Shown: positions 8,657-22,298 of the stretch, piece by piece
How positions within the stretch are numbered: the first letter of the stretch is position 1
Layout of the letters: each line of letters opens with the position of its first letter
Source of the DNA: Desulfurellaceae bacterium
Lineage (GTDB): Bacteria; Desulfobacterota; Binatia; Bin18
Direction: 5' to 3'
Length of the DNA: 64,000 nucleotides
Assembly (NCBI GenBank): GCA_021296095.1
Contig: JAGWBB010000002.1
Span: 21,463-85,462 of the forward strand
Notes under the pieces: model-generated
The model's input: only the letters and a program-made list of their open reading frames with translations
The model's database searches: none
What the model was told of the DNA's origin: nothing
Translations under genes and position numbers: made by a program

Positions 8657-11600
8657 ACTTCAGGTCCTTTCTGGCGTGCAAACCAGCGCGTGTAACAGTC
8701 CCGGATGGCCTCGCGTTGGACGTGATAGTCGGCCAGCAGCCGGGACGCCGCGTCGTCGCCGCCATAGCCCATCCGTCTGGCCAACCGGGGCAGTTGCGCG
8801 CCCTCGCTCTCCAGCGCTTCAACCGGCTGGTCACAGTCGATGCGGAGACGGTTTTCCAAGGTCCGCAGAAAACGGTAGCCCTGACTTAAGAGCTGACAAT
8901 CGTCGGCCGGCAGAACTCCGCAGGTCTGGAGAGCCTCAAGAGCCTGGAGTGTGGCGCGCTGTCTCAGCGCCGGAAGACGCCGACCATACCGCAGCTGCAA
9001 CATTTGTACAAGGAACTCGATATCGACAATGCCGCCCCGACCGGTCTTGATATTGAAGCGGTCGCTGGCCTCGCCGGCCAGCTCATTTTCCATGCGTCCG
9101 CGCAGCCGGTCGATTTCGGCCACATCATCCACGGTGATGGCGTCGGCATACACGATTGACTCCAGCAAGGCCTGTATCGGATCGGCCAGAGACACATTCC
9201 CGACCACCACCCGGGCCTTGATCAGGGCCTGGCGCTCCCACACCTGAGAGCTGGCCTGATGGTAGCGTTCAAAAGCCGACAGGGACGAGACCAGCGAGCC
9301 GGACCGGCCCGAGGGCCGCAGCCGCGTGTCGATTTTATACACATAGCCCTCGCGGGTCTGGACTTGCAGGGTCGAGATAATGCGCTGGGCCAGCTTGGTG
9401 AAGAGTTCGTGCGGCCCGACCTTGGGGTGGGCAGCGCCCCGGTCGAGCTGTGCGGCCGGCTGGTACAGAAAAATCAGATCAAGGTCCGAGTTGTAGTTGA
9501 GTTCCCGGGCGCCCAGCTTGCCCATGCCGACAATGGCGAAGCGGCCCGGCAGGGCGCTGAGCCCGAGCTGCTCAAACAGGGCCGCCCGCGCCGTCTCATA
9601 GGCGCCGCCCAGACAGGTCTGGGCCAGGTCGGACAGCTGTATGCTGACCTGGGTGCAGTCCAGCAGCCCGTTGCTGTCGTTGATCCCAATCCGCAAAAAC
9701 TCTTCGGTCCGGTAGCGGCGCAGGATATCGAGCCGATCCTCCAGGTCGTTCACCTCGGCCAAACGGGCCGACAGCTCGGCCTGCATCATGGCCTGGGATT
9801 TATGGATGTGGACCAGATCGGCCCGCACCAGACTGTCGAGCAGCTCGGGGTGGCGCAAAAAGGTCCGCGACAGATAGGCGCTCGTGCCAAACAGCCCGAC
9901 CAGGGTGCGCAGGGTGGACGGATTCTCGCGCAGCAAGGCCAGAAAGCTGGAGCGCGCCCCAATCGAGGCGACCAGGTTGGCTATGCCGGACAGCGCAAAG
10001 TCCGGATCCGGGGTCTGGGTCACCTCGCGGAACAGACTCGGGGCGAGTTCGTACAGAATCTTGCGCCGCCGGGGTGAGGCCGGCGAGTGCGGCGGTCCGG
10101 CGTGGAGCAGCACCGCGTGCTGATAGCTGTGCTCGATATCGCGAAAGCCGAACTGCCGCAGCAACTCGGCGGCCCGTTCCCGGTCGTCCAGCGCCTCAAA
10201 AAAAGTCTGGACGGCCTCGGCGTGGGGGTCGTCGGCCTGCTGCTGTTCCTGGGGCGCATAGAAGAGCGAGCAGAAAACCTGATGGACCGCCTCGGTATGG
10301 GAGTGGAACAGCGACCGGAACAGCGCCACCTCGTCGTCCGGGAGAGGAGAGTTTTGCCCTTTGAGTTTTGCCCTTTGAGTTTTGCCTTCTCTCCAGTCTT
10401 CTACCCGCAGCCGGCGGGCCAGCACCCGAATCTCCGCCTCGGTGTCCGGCAGGCTGTGGGTTTGACGGTCGTGAACGATCTGGATTTTGTGTTCGACCTG
10501 ACGCAGAAAGCGGTAGGCATGGCGCAGGCGGTCACGATCCTTCGCCGACAGGTAATGGCCCTCGGCCAGGCGGTCGAGCGCCGGTAGGGTCTTCAGCTCC
10601 CGCACGTGGGGATCTTTGCCGGCGTGAATGAGCTGAAGCACCTGGCTGACAAACTCGACCTCCCGGATGCCGCCGCGCCCGAGCTTGACGTTGGAGCTGG
10701 CGGGTTCGGTTTTGTTCAGGCTGCGCTCAATCCGAGCTTTCATGTCCTTGAGGTCTTCAACCGTCGTAAAATCGAGATAGCGCCGAAACACAAACGGCTG
10801 AATCTCGGTAATGAAACGCTCCCCCAAGGCCAGGTCTCCGGCAATCGGCCGGGCCTTAAGCAGGGCCGCCCGCTCCCAGGTCTGGCCCCAGGCTTCGTAA
10901 TAACCCAGGGTATTGGACAGGGAATTGACCACCGGGCCATTCGAGCCGTCCGGCCGCAGGCGCAGGTCAACCCGAAACACCCGTCCACCAGCCACCTGAT
11001 CGCTCAGCGCTCGGGTCAATTTCTGGGCCAAATGGGTGAAGAACTCGCGCGGTGCCAGGCTGCCCTTGCTGCCCCCGGTGGTGTGCCCGGCATCGCTCTC
11101 GTACATATAGATCAGATCGATGTCAGAACTGAAATTCAAATCCTGACCACCGAGCTTCCCCATGCCAAAGACGACGAATCCGAGCGGCCGGCCGTCGGAC
11201 GAGACAGCCTGACCGTAGAGCTCACACAGCCGCGCCCGGCTGTACTCGTAGGCGACCTCGACCGCAGCGTCAGCCAGACAGCTCAGCTCCCGGGTCGTCT
11301 CTTCCAGCCTGGCCAGGGACAGCAGGTCGCGGGTACCGATGCGCAGGTACGCGCGGTCACGGTAGACCCGCAGCGCGTGCCAAAACTCCTCCTCAGGCAG
11401 CTCGTGCGGCAGCCGGGCGCGGAGCGTGGACAGATGCTGGGCAAGGCTGCTACCCGACGCCTGACAATCGGCCAAAAAGGCCGCTTCCCACGCCTCAGCC
11501 TGACGCAGCAAGACCGTGGTGAGATGTTGGCTGGCGCCGAGCACAAAGAGCAGGTCGGCACACCGCCGGGCGTCTCCCAGCACCCTGCCCCGGCCGCTTC

Positions 11601-11757
11601 CATGGTCGAGCAGGCGGCTCAGATTCGTCGCCGCCAGGCCAGGGTCCGGCGCGGCCGCCACGCCGGCCGCAATGGCGTCCCACCAGGCGGACAGGCTTTC
11701 ACGCAGGGGCAGGAGAATGTGGAGGGGCTCGGAGACGGACGGGGTGGCGGTGGACAT
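8653..11757 (-). CDS. glnE: Bifunctional glutamine synthetase adenylyltransferase / adenylyl-removing enzyme GlnE
   Basis: 1034-aa protein with two nucleotidyltransferase modules (GMGKLGG.ELN..SDIDLI). Contains an in-frame 54-nt repeat insertion in the linker. Confidence 0.85.
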   Translation of the reverse strand: MSTATPSVSEPLHILLPLRESLSAWWDAIAAGVAAAPDPGLAATNLSRLLDHGSGRGRVLGDARRCADLLFVLGASQHLTTVLLRQAEAWEAAFLADCQASGSSLAQHLSTLRARLPHELPEEEFWHALRVYRDRAYLRIGTRDLLSLARLEETTRELSCLADAAVEVAYEYSRARLCELYGQAVSSDGRPLGFVVFGMGKLGGQDLNFSSDIDLIYMYESDAGHTTGGSKGSLAPREFFTHLAQKLTRALSDQVAGGRVFRVDLRLRPDGSNGPVVNSLSNTLGYYEAWGQTWERAALLKARPIAGDLALGERFITEIQPFVFRRYLDFTTVEDLKDMKARIERSLNKTEPASSNVKLGRGGIREVEFVSQVLQLIHAGKDPHVRELKTLPALDRLAEGHYLSAKDRDRLRHAYRFLRQVEHKIQIVHDRQTHSLPDTEAEIRVLARRLRVEDWREGKTQRAKLKGQNSPLPDDEVALFRSLFHSHTEAVHQVFCSLFYAPQEQQQADDPHAEAVQTFFEALDDRERAAELLRQFGFRDIEHSYQHAVLLHAGPPHSPASPRRRKILYELAPSLFREVTQTPDPDFALSGIANLVASIGARSSFLALLRENPSTLRTLVGLFGTSAYLSRTFLRHPELLDSLVRADLVHIHKSQAMMQAELSARLAEVNDLEDRLDILRRYRTEEFLRIGINDSNGLLDCTQVSIQLSDLAQTCLGGAYETARAALFEQLGLSALPGRFAIVGMGKLGARELNYNSDLDLIFLYQPAAQLDRGAAHPKVGPHELFTKLAQRIISTLQVQTREGYVYKIDTRLRPSGRSGSLVSSLSAFERYHQASSQVWERQALIKARVVVGNVSLADPIQALLESIVYADAITVDDVAEIDRLRGRMENELAGEASDRFNIKTGRGGIVDIEFLVQMLQLRYGRRLPALRQRATLQALEALQTCGVLPADDCQLLSQGYRFLRTLENRLRIDCDQPVEALESEGAQLPRLARRMGYGGDDAASRLLADYHVQREAIRDCYTRWFARQKGPEV
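10341..10394. repeat. 54-nt element inside glnE: GTTTTGCCCTTTGA x2.6 flanked by a GGAGAG/CTCTCC inverted repeat
   Basis: Tandem 14-mers at 10351-10386 between GGAGAGGAGA and TTCTCTCC. Length is 18 codons, so the glnE frame is kept. Confidence 0.7.
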
Positions 11758-11807
11758 GGTGACAGGACGGGCCGTGTCACAGGCCGAAAGCCCGTGACAC
11801 GCGATCC

Positions 11808-12404
11808 CTATTTGCTCAGCGTCTCACACGCCCCCATCAGCCATTTGACACTGGACAGCTCATCGTCGACCAGCGAGCCGAGCAACTCTTTGCTGTGCTG
11901 ATCGTCCTGGATCTGGCCGATGGCGTCGGTCAGCGGTTTGAGGATCTCGACCGGATCCTTGAGCTGAGCGGCAATGGACTGGAGCTTCTCGATGTCGTTG
12001 CTGTCGGTCGAGGCAAAGAACGGCAGCTCTTTCTCGCGCCGTTCGGCCGGCACGCTGCACTGCGGGGAGCCGCCCAGCTCGCGCAGCCGCTCTTCCAGAA
12101 TCTGAGCGTGGTAAGCCTCGCGCTGCTGCACCACCCGCAGACCGCCCTTGACACACTCCTGATCGCTGACTTCAACCCAGCGGTTCAGGTATTCAGCCGC
12201 AAAATCCTCGGCGCACCGAAACTCGTCCAGGATACCCAGGACCAGCTCTTTCTCGGTCTCATAGGATTTCCCGTTGTAGCTGTAGCCCTGGCTGGCCGGG
12301 TCGCTCCGCAGCTCTTGCATCTGTTCCTCAAACAGCTCGTCCGAGATCAAGCCCTTGCGGTAGGCCTTGAGCAGTTGTCGGGCCTCAAAATCTGTCGTCG
12401 CCAT
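11808..12404 (-). CDS. Hypothetical helical protein with an N-terminal SHOCT-like motif, possibly a ferritin-like fold
   Basis: AAGGAG ribosome-binding site 7 nt upstream of the ATG at 12404. KGLISDELFEEQM motif. No recognisable catalytic motif. Confidence 0.4.
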   Translation of the reverse strand: MATTDFEARQLLKAYRKGLISDELFEEQMQELRSDPASQGYSYNGKSYETEKELVLGILDEFRCAEDFAAEYLNRWVEVSDQECVKGGLRVVQQREAYHAQILEERLRELGGSPQCSVPAERREKELPFFASTDSNDIEKLQSIAAQLKDPVEILKPLTDAIGQIQDDQHSKELLGSLVDDELSSVKWLMGACETLSK

Positions 12405-12603
12405 AGTGTGGCTCCTTTCGTGTGATTCCTGCAAACGTATCCACGTGCATAGGAAATCGCCTGGGTCTTGTCAAGCAATCGCCTGTGTCTAGAACTTAGG
12501 CACAAGTCGGCACGGCTGCCTGTCTGCTGAGCAGCTTTTTTGCCCGGCTGGCCGAAAACCGGCTTTTCCCCGGGATTTTTACGCTTTTTACCACGGCGGC
12601 GGC

Positions 12604-12618
12604 TGGTACGGTCTTTGC
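12604..12618 (+). promoter_or_regulatory. Sigma-54-type promoter (TGGTAC-N5-TTGC) upstream of porin-glnK-amtB
   Basis: The GG and GC dinucleotides are spaced as in the TGGCAC-N5-TTGC consensus, about 68 nt upstream of the porin start. Confidence 0.5.
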
Positions 12619-12685
12619 TCATACAGAGTAGACTTCGGGCACAGGGCAGGTGCGTCTGAAGTCACACCAGACCAAGGAGGTAGGA

Positions 12686-14352
<1,667 letters not shown>

Positions 14353-14477
14353 CGGTGCGAGGTGCACCGGCGGGCGGGGCGTACTGCCATACGCCCCGCC
14401 CCTTATCCGTCACACACAGCCCCAAAAGACTGCCCGGACAGGATACACCGGGCGATTATAACCAGGAGGTTCAGACA

Positions 14478-15911
<1,434 letters not shown>

Positions 15912-15992
15912 GACCAAGCCGGAAGGGCGCTCCGGTGACATGTCCCGGCCGCGCCCTTCCCTCGCGTCCTCTCGGTACACGCGTGGCCAAGC

Positions 15993-17183
15993 ATGAACGC
16001 CTTACAGGAACGTCTCGAGGCACTGTTTTCGATAGGGACGGAGATCTCCTCGACCCTCCAGCTCGACGAGGTGCTGAATCGGGTGACGGCCCAGGCCTGC
16101 CGGCTGATGGAGGCGCGGGTTGCCTCCCTGCTGCTGATTGACACCGAGCGCGGCACGCTCCGCCCGGCCGCGACCCACGGCGCCAGCGACGCCTATCTGG
16201 CCCTGCCCGACCGGGAGGTCAATTCGAGTCTGATCAGCCAGGTCATTACCAGCGGCCGGCCGCTGCACATTCCAGACGTACGCCAGGAAACCCGCTATCG
16301 CGTCTCCGACGTGGCGCGCCAGGAGGGGCTGTGCACGCTGGTTTCGATTCCGCTGCGGACCAAGACGGCGATCATCGGCGTTCTCAACGTGTATACCGGC
16401 GAGCCGCGCTGTTTTGACGACGACGACCTGCGGCTGCTGACCCTGCTGGCCAGCCAGTCGGCCATCGCCATTGAAAACGCCAGGCTGCACCGCGACGAGA
16501 TGGAGACCCGAGAGCGGCTGCGCCAGTCCGAGAAACTGGCCGCGCTAGGGACCTTGTCGGCCGGGCTGGCCCACGAGCTGCGCAATCCGCTCAACACGGT
16601 CAGCATGCTCATGTATGCCATGGGCCAAGACCTGGCGGCCGACAGCGCCTTTGCCGACGACGTCAAGATCGTCCGGACCGAGCTGGCCCGCATGTCGCTG
16701 TTGATTGAGCAGTTTCTCGAATTCGCCCGTCCGCGGCCGCCCCACTTTCAGCGCGAACGGATCGAAGAAGTCATGGAAGAAACCTTGCTGCTGATCGGGC
16801 CCGAGGCGCGTACGCGGGGGATTCGGGTGGTCAAAGACTGGGCCAGGCAGCTGCCTGCGGTCTGGGCCGACGGGACCCAGATCAAACAGGTCTTTTTGAA
16901 CCTGCTGCTCAACGCCATGCAGGCCATGGACCACGGCGGGACGCTGACCGTGCGCATCGCGGTCAGCGGCGGCAGTCTGTTGACCGCCATCATGGACGAG
17001 GGCACGGGCGTCTCGCCCGAGGTTCGGGCCAAACTGTTTGAGCCGTTTTTCAGCACCAAACAGGGCGGCACCGGTCTGGGTCTGTCCATCTCCCAGCGCA
17101 TTGTCGAGAGCCATAACGGCCGCCTGCGCCTGTCCTCCCAGCCCGGAGCGGGTACTGCGGTGATTGTCCGTCTGCCCTTATAA
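15993..17183 (+). CDS. Soluble GAF-domain sensor histidine kinase
   Basis: GAF region followed by an H-box (LAHELRNPLN) and N, G1, G2 boxes (GGTGLGL). No TM segment. Confidence 0.8.
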   Translation: MNALQERLEALFSIGTEISSTLQLDEVLNRVTAQACRLMEARVASLLLIDTERGTLRPAATHGASDAYLALPDREVNSSLISQVITSGRPLHIPDVRQETRYRVSDVARQEGLCTLVSIPLRTKTAIIGVLNVYTGEPRCFDDDDLRLLTLLASQSAIAIENARLHRDEMETRERLRQSEKLAALGTLSAGLAHELRNPLNTVSMLMYAMGQDLAADSAFADDVKIVRTELARMSLLIEQFLEFARPRPPHFQRERIEEVMEETLLLIGPEARTRGIRVVKDWARQLPAVWADGTQIKQVFLNLLLNAMQAMDHGGTLTVRIAVSGGSLLTAIMDEGTGVSPEVRAKLFEPFFSTKQGGTGLGLSISQRIVESHNGRLRLSSQPGAGTAVIVRLPL

Positions 17184-17197
17184 CAACGAGCCTCAAG

Positions 17198-18592
17198 ATG
17201 ACCAAGATTCTGGTGGTCGATGACGAGCGCAACGTGCACTATTCGTTCCGGCGCGTCCTGGGCGGCAGCTACGAGCTGCTGTCGGCCTACTCGGGTGAAG
17301 AGGCGCTGCAACAGATCGAGGACCCAGCCCTGCGGCTCGTGCTGATGGACGTGCGCATGCCGGGCAAAGACGGGCTGGCGACGCTCCAGGAACTCAAACA
17401 GCGCCGCCCCGATCTGCCGGTCATCATCATGACCGCCTTTGTGTCGGCCGAAACCGCCATCCGGGCCACGACTTTTGACGCCGAGGATTATCTCGAAAAG
17501 CCGCTAGACATCGAACGGCTCAAGCGGCTGATCAGCGAAACCCTCCAGCACTCGAGTCCGGCCATGACCGACGGAGCAGCCCTCCCCGACGAGACGGCCG
17601 AGGCCGAGGCGCTGACGACCAGGGGCGCAGCGCTGCTCGGCCACAGCCGCGCCATGCAGGAGGTGTATAAGACGATTGGCAAAACCGCAGCCCGCGACGT
17701 GACCGTCCTCATCACCGGAGAGAGCGGGACCGGTAAAGAACTCGTCGCCCGCGCGCTCAAGACCTACTCCCAGCGCGACCGGGGTCCCTTCGTGGCGCTG
17801 AACTGCGCCGCCATTCCAGAGTCCCTGTTGGAGAGCGAGCTGTTCGGCCATGAACGCGGCGCCTTTTCCGGGGCGGCCGAGGCACGACCGGGAAAATTTG
17901 AGCTGGCTCATACCGGCACCCTGTTCCTGGATGAAATCGGTGATATGCCGCTGGTGTTGCAGTCAAAGCTGCTGCGCGTGCTCCAGGAACGAGAGCTGTA
18001 CCGCCTGGGCGCCCGCGCGCCCCGCCTGGTCGATGTACGCATCATTGCCGCCACCAACCAGGCCCTGGAAGAGCTGGTGACAGCGGGCCGGTTTCGCGAA
18101 GACCTGTACTACCGGCTCAACGTCGTGCGGATCAAGCTGCCCCCGCTCCGCGAGCGGGGAGACGACATCGTGCTCTTGGCCAAACGTTTTCTGCAACGCC
18201 AAGCCGACGCCCAGGGGCCGCGCGGCTTTTCAGAAGACGCCTGCCACGCCCTCCTCGACTATGCCTGGCCGGGCAACGTGCGCGAGTTGGAGAACGTCAT
18301 CGCCCAGGCCGTTCTGCGCGCCCGGGGGCCGGTCATCCGGGCCGGGGATCTGGCCCTGCACGACAGCCAACTCCACTCCGTCGCCCGGGAAACGGCTCCG
18401 ACCGGCCCAGCGGACGCCAGCCTCGACGCCCTGTTTGAACGGCACGCCGGCAAGGTGTCCGCCGTTGCCGAGCAGCTGCTGGTCAGCAAGGCGCTCGAAC
18501 TGACCCGCCATAATCAGGTCCAGGCCGCCCGTCTGCTCGGCATCAGCCGCAACGTCCTGCGAGAGCGGATGAAGCGCTACCGCCTGTTCTGA
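17198..18592 (+). CDS. Sigma-54-dependent response regulator (NtrC family)
   Basis: REC domain (VDDE...D), AAA+ sigma-54 activator domain ([14 protein letters not shown]) and a C-terminal HTH. Confidence 0.85.
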   Translation: MTKILVVDDERNVHYSFRRVLGGSYELLSAYSGEEALQQIEDPALRLVLMDVRMPGKDGLATLQELKQRRPDLPVIIMTAFVSAETAIRATTFDAEDYLEKPLDIERLKRLISETLQHSSPAMTDGAALPDETAEAEALTTRGAALLGHSRAMQEVYKTIGKTAARDVTVLITGESGTGKELVARALKTYSQRDRGPFVALNCAAIPESLLESELFGHERGAFSGAAEARPGKFELAHTGTLFLDEIGDMPLVLQSKLLRVLQERELYRLGARAPRLVDVRIIAATNQALEELVTAGRFREDLYYRLNVVRIKLPPLRERGDDIVLLAKRFLQRQADAQGPRGFSEDACHALLDYAWPGNVRELENVIAQAVLRARGPVIRAGDLALHDSQLHSVARETAPTGPADASLDALFERHAGKVSAVAEQLLVSKALELTRHNQVQAARLLGISRNVLRERMKRYRLF

Positions 18593-18680
18593 CGGACGAC
18601 CTCTCCGCGGATCGCCCTCGCTCGCCCCGTCGCCTCCGACGTGCTAGCCTACGCAGGCTATCTCCGAGGAGGTTGGATAC

Positions 18681-18944
18681 ATGGCGTGGTTAGAACAAAT
18701 GGGTGAGCGACTGGCCGCCACCAGCGGACACACGGCCGACTCTCTGGCTGTGACGCCGGACCGCATGCGCGAGCTGCTCGAGCTGGCCGGACTGGCCGCC
18801 CGCAGCAGCGGCAACCGTACTAACGCGCCGCTGCTGTGTTACGTGCTCGGTCTGGCCGTGGGACGCGGAGCGACGTTTGACGAGTTAGCCGAGACGATCC
18901 GTGAGGCACTGGCTAACGACGGCTCGGATACGGCGGACGGCTGA
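18681..18944 (+). CDS. Hypothetical small protein
   Basis: 87-aa ORF with plausible codon usage but no recognisable motif. Confidence 0.35.
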   Translation: MAWLEQMGERLAATSGHTADSLAVTPDRMRELLELAGLAARSSGNRTNAPLLCYVLGLAVGRGATFDELAETIREALANDGSDTADG

Positions 18945-18982
18945 GCAGCTCTTCAGCTCCCTTTGGTCCAGGAGCATGTCCC

Positions 18983-19801
18983 ATGGCGTGGTTAGGCTCG
19001 GAACACCACAAAGAGGTGTTTTGCCGAGAGTTCCTCGATACCCATCAGCCCTATCAGGTCGCCAGCCTGCGCTGGCCTGAGCTCGACCCGGCGAGCCGGG
19101 AACGGCTGCGGAGCCTGCCCTTCTGGGACGAAGCCGTGGCCACCGAACGTCTGACCGCCGCCAAGGTCCAGGCCCAGACCGCGCTGGAGACCGACCCGCT
19201 GATCCGCCGCGCGGTCGCGCTGCAGGGCGCGGAGGAGAAGCGGCACTCACAGCTCCTCGACTCCCTGTTGCGGGCTTACGATATCCAGCCTGCTGGCACC
19301 GGAGCGCTGGCCCGGCCGGTCACGGTCGGGGCGGATATCGAGTGGGTCTTTATGCGGGCCGAGTACGGCGAATGTTTTGACTCCTTTTTTGCCTTCGGCC
19401 TGTTTGCCGTGGCCAAAGACTCGGGATTTTTTCCAGCCGCGCTGATCGAACGCTTTGAGCCGATCATCCAGGAGGAGGCGCGTCATATTCTGTTTTTCGT
19501 CAACTGGCTGGCCTACCGACGGATCCGGCTGGGCTGGTGGCAACAGCCCGTTCACCTGGGCCGCCGCCTGACAGCGCTGACCGTTCAGGCGTGGCGGCGG
19601 TTGCGGACGGCCCGCGGCATGGATGACGAACACTTCACCATACGCGGCCACGAAGCCATTGACCTCGATATCTCCCCGCGCGGCTTCCTGGAGCTGTGTC
19701 TGCGGGAAAACGAGCGGCGCCTCGGCGTGTACGACCGGCGCCTGCTGCGCCCGCGCCTCGTCCCCACTCTGGCCAGGGCCGCGTGTCGGTTTTTGCGCTA
19801 G
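18983..19801 (+). CDS. Ferritin-like diiron-carboxylate protein, possible oxygenase or desaturase
   Basis: Two E-x-x-H motifs (EEKRH, EEARH) with helical spacing typical of diiron sites. Confidence 0.45.
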   Translation: MAWLGSEHHKEVFCREFLDTHQPYQVASLRWPELDPASRERLRSLPFWDEAVATERLTAAKVQAQTALETDPLIRRAVALQGAEEKRHSQLLDSLLRAYDIQPAGTGALARPVTVGADIEWVFMRAEYGECFDSFFAFGLFAVAKDSGFFPAALIERFEPIIQEEARHILFFVNWLAYRRIRLGWWQQPVHLGRRLTALTVQAWRRLRTARGMDDEHFTIRGHEAIDLDISPRGFLELCLRENERRLGVYDRRLLRPRLVPTLARAACRFLR

Positions 19802-19805
19802 CCGC

Positions 19806-20966
<1,161 letters not shown>

Positions 20967-21194
20967 TTGGAGTGCTCAGAAAGAAGCGGCAGGTTTCGTC
21001 AGCCTCCTGTTACATGCAAGTGGACAGGCAGACGGGAGCATAGTCAGGAACCACCGGCAAGTCAACGACGGCCGCAGCTGTGAGCGTCCAACCTCTGAAA
21101 GGCGAGGCTCAGGGGCGACCGCCTCTGGTGAGCCGGATGTCTTGTGCGAAGGCCATCCGTGGCGTAAGCATGAGCAGAGAAGAACGGACCCCCC

Positions 21195-22273
21195 ATGCTG
21201 TCCGCAGTAGAACAAACACGTCGTGAGGTGTCACGAGCCATCGCGGCGAAGAGGAAATCGCAACTCGGTCAATTTTTCACCCCGGCGAGAACGGCTCGGT
21301 TCATGGCCGGGCTGTTTGTCCAGACACCGAGCAGCTCCTGCCATCTGTTCGACGCTGGCGCCGGGGTTGGCTCGCTGAGTGCGGCCTTTCTGGAAAGACT
21401 GGCTTCCGGCGGCCTCGACTATCAGCACATCACAATCGACGCTTTCGAGCGTGACGAGTCCCTCCACCCCTATTTGCACAAAACGCTGGAGGAGTACGGG
21501 CAGTCTCTCAATATCGTGTCACACGTCGAGGGGGGCGACTTCATAGAAATCGCGGTTCAGTCGATGTGCGGGAGCCTTTTTGCCCCAGCTCTTCCCCGCT
21601 ATACCCATGCCCTGCTGAATCCGCCGTACAAAAAAATACGGAGCGATTCTGTACACCGCAGGGCCTTGCGTAGAGCTGGTATCGAAACAGTCAACCTGTA
21701 CTCAGCCTTTGTCGCCCTGTCTCTCGCCCTGCTTGCCCATCGCGGTCAGCTTGTCGCAATCATACCGCGCAGCTTCTGCAACGGTCCCTACTATCGACCT
21801 TTTCGCGAGTTCGTTCTGGAGCGCGCGGCAATCCAACACCTGCACTTATTCGCCTCGCGCAACACGGCCTTCAAAGACGACGGCGTCCTGCAAGAAAACC
21901 TCATCCTCAGGTGTGAGCGAGGCGCACCGCAGGGCAAGAGGTCACGGTGACAAGTTCGACCGATGACAGTTTCACCGGTTTACAGACCGATACCTATCCC
22001 TTTGAACGCATTGTCCTTCCAGATGATCGTGAGCGTTTCATCCATATTCCCCACTCGTCCAGACAGCCCATGCTTGAGGAATCGCCGACGGCTCGCTCTT
22101 CCTTGAGCGAGCTTGGCATCAGCGTGTCCACCGGCCCGGTCGTCGATTTCCGTCGAGCGGCACGACGAAGAAAGAAAATTTTTCCAGAGTCGCCCCTGGG
22201 AAAAGCCCCGGAATTCGTGAGTGCCACTCTGCGTCTGGACAGCTTCGGACACCGTCAGGCACTCAGCCTGTGA
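21195..22273 (+). pseudogene. Decayed gamma-class N6-adenine DNA methyltransferase (Eco57I/TaqI-like), frameshifted and 3'-truncated
   Basis: Motif X (FFTPARTARFMA), motif I (FDAGAGVGSL) and motif IV (NPPY). The frame breaks near 21947 and the target-recognition domain is incomplete. Local GC is ~57%, against ~66% for the surrounding genome. Confidence 0.6.
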
Positions 22274-22298
22274 CTCGTAGCCCCGAACTGTAGATTTG

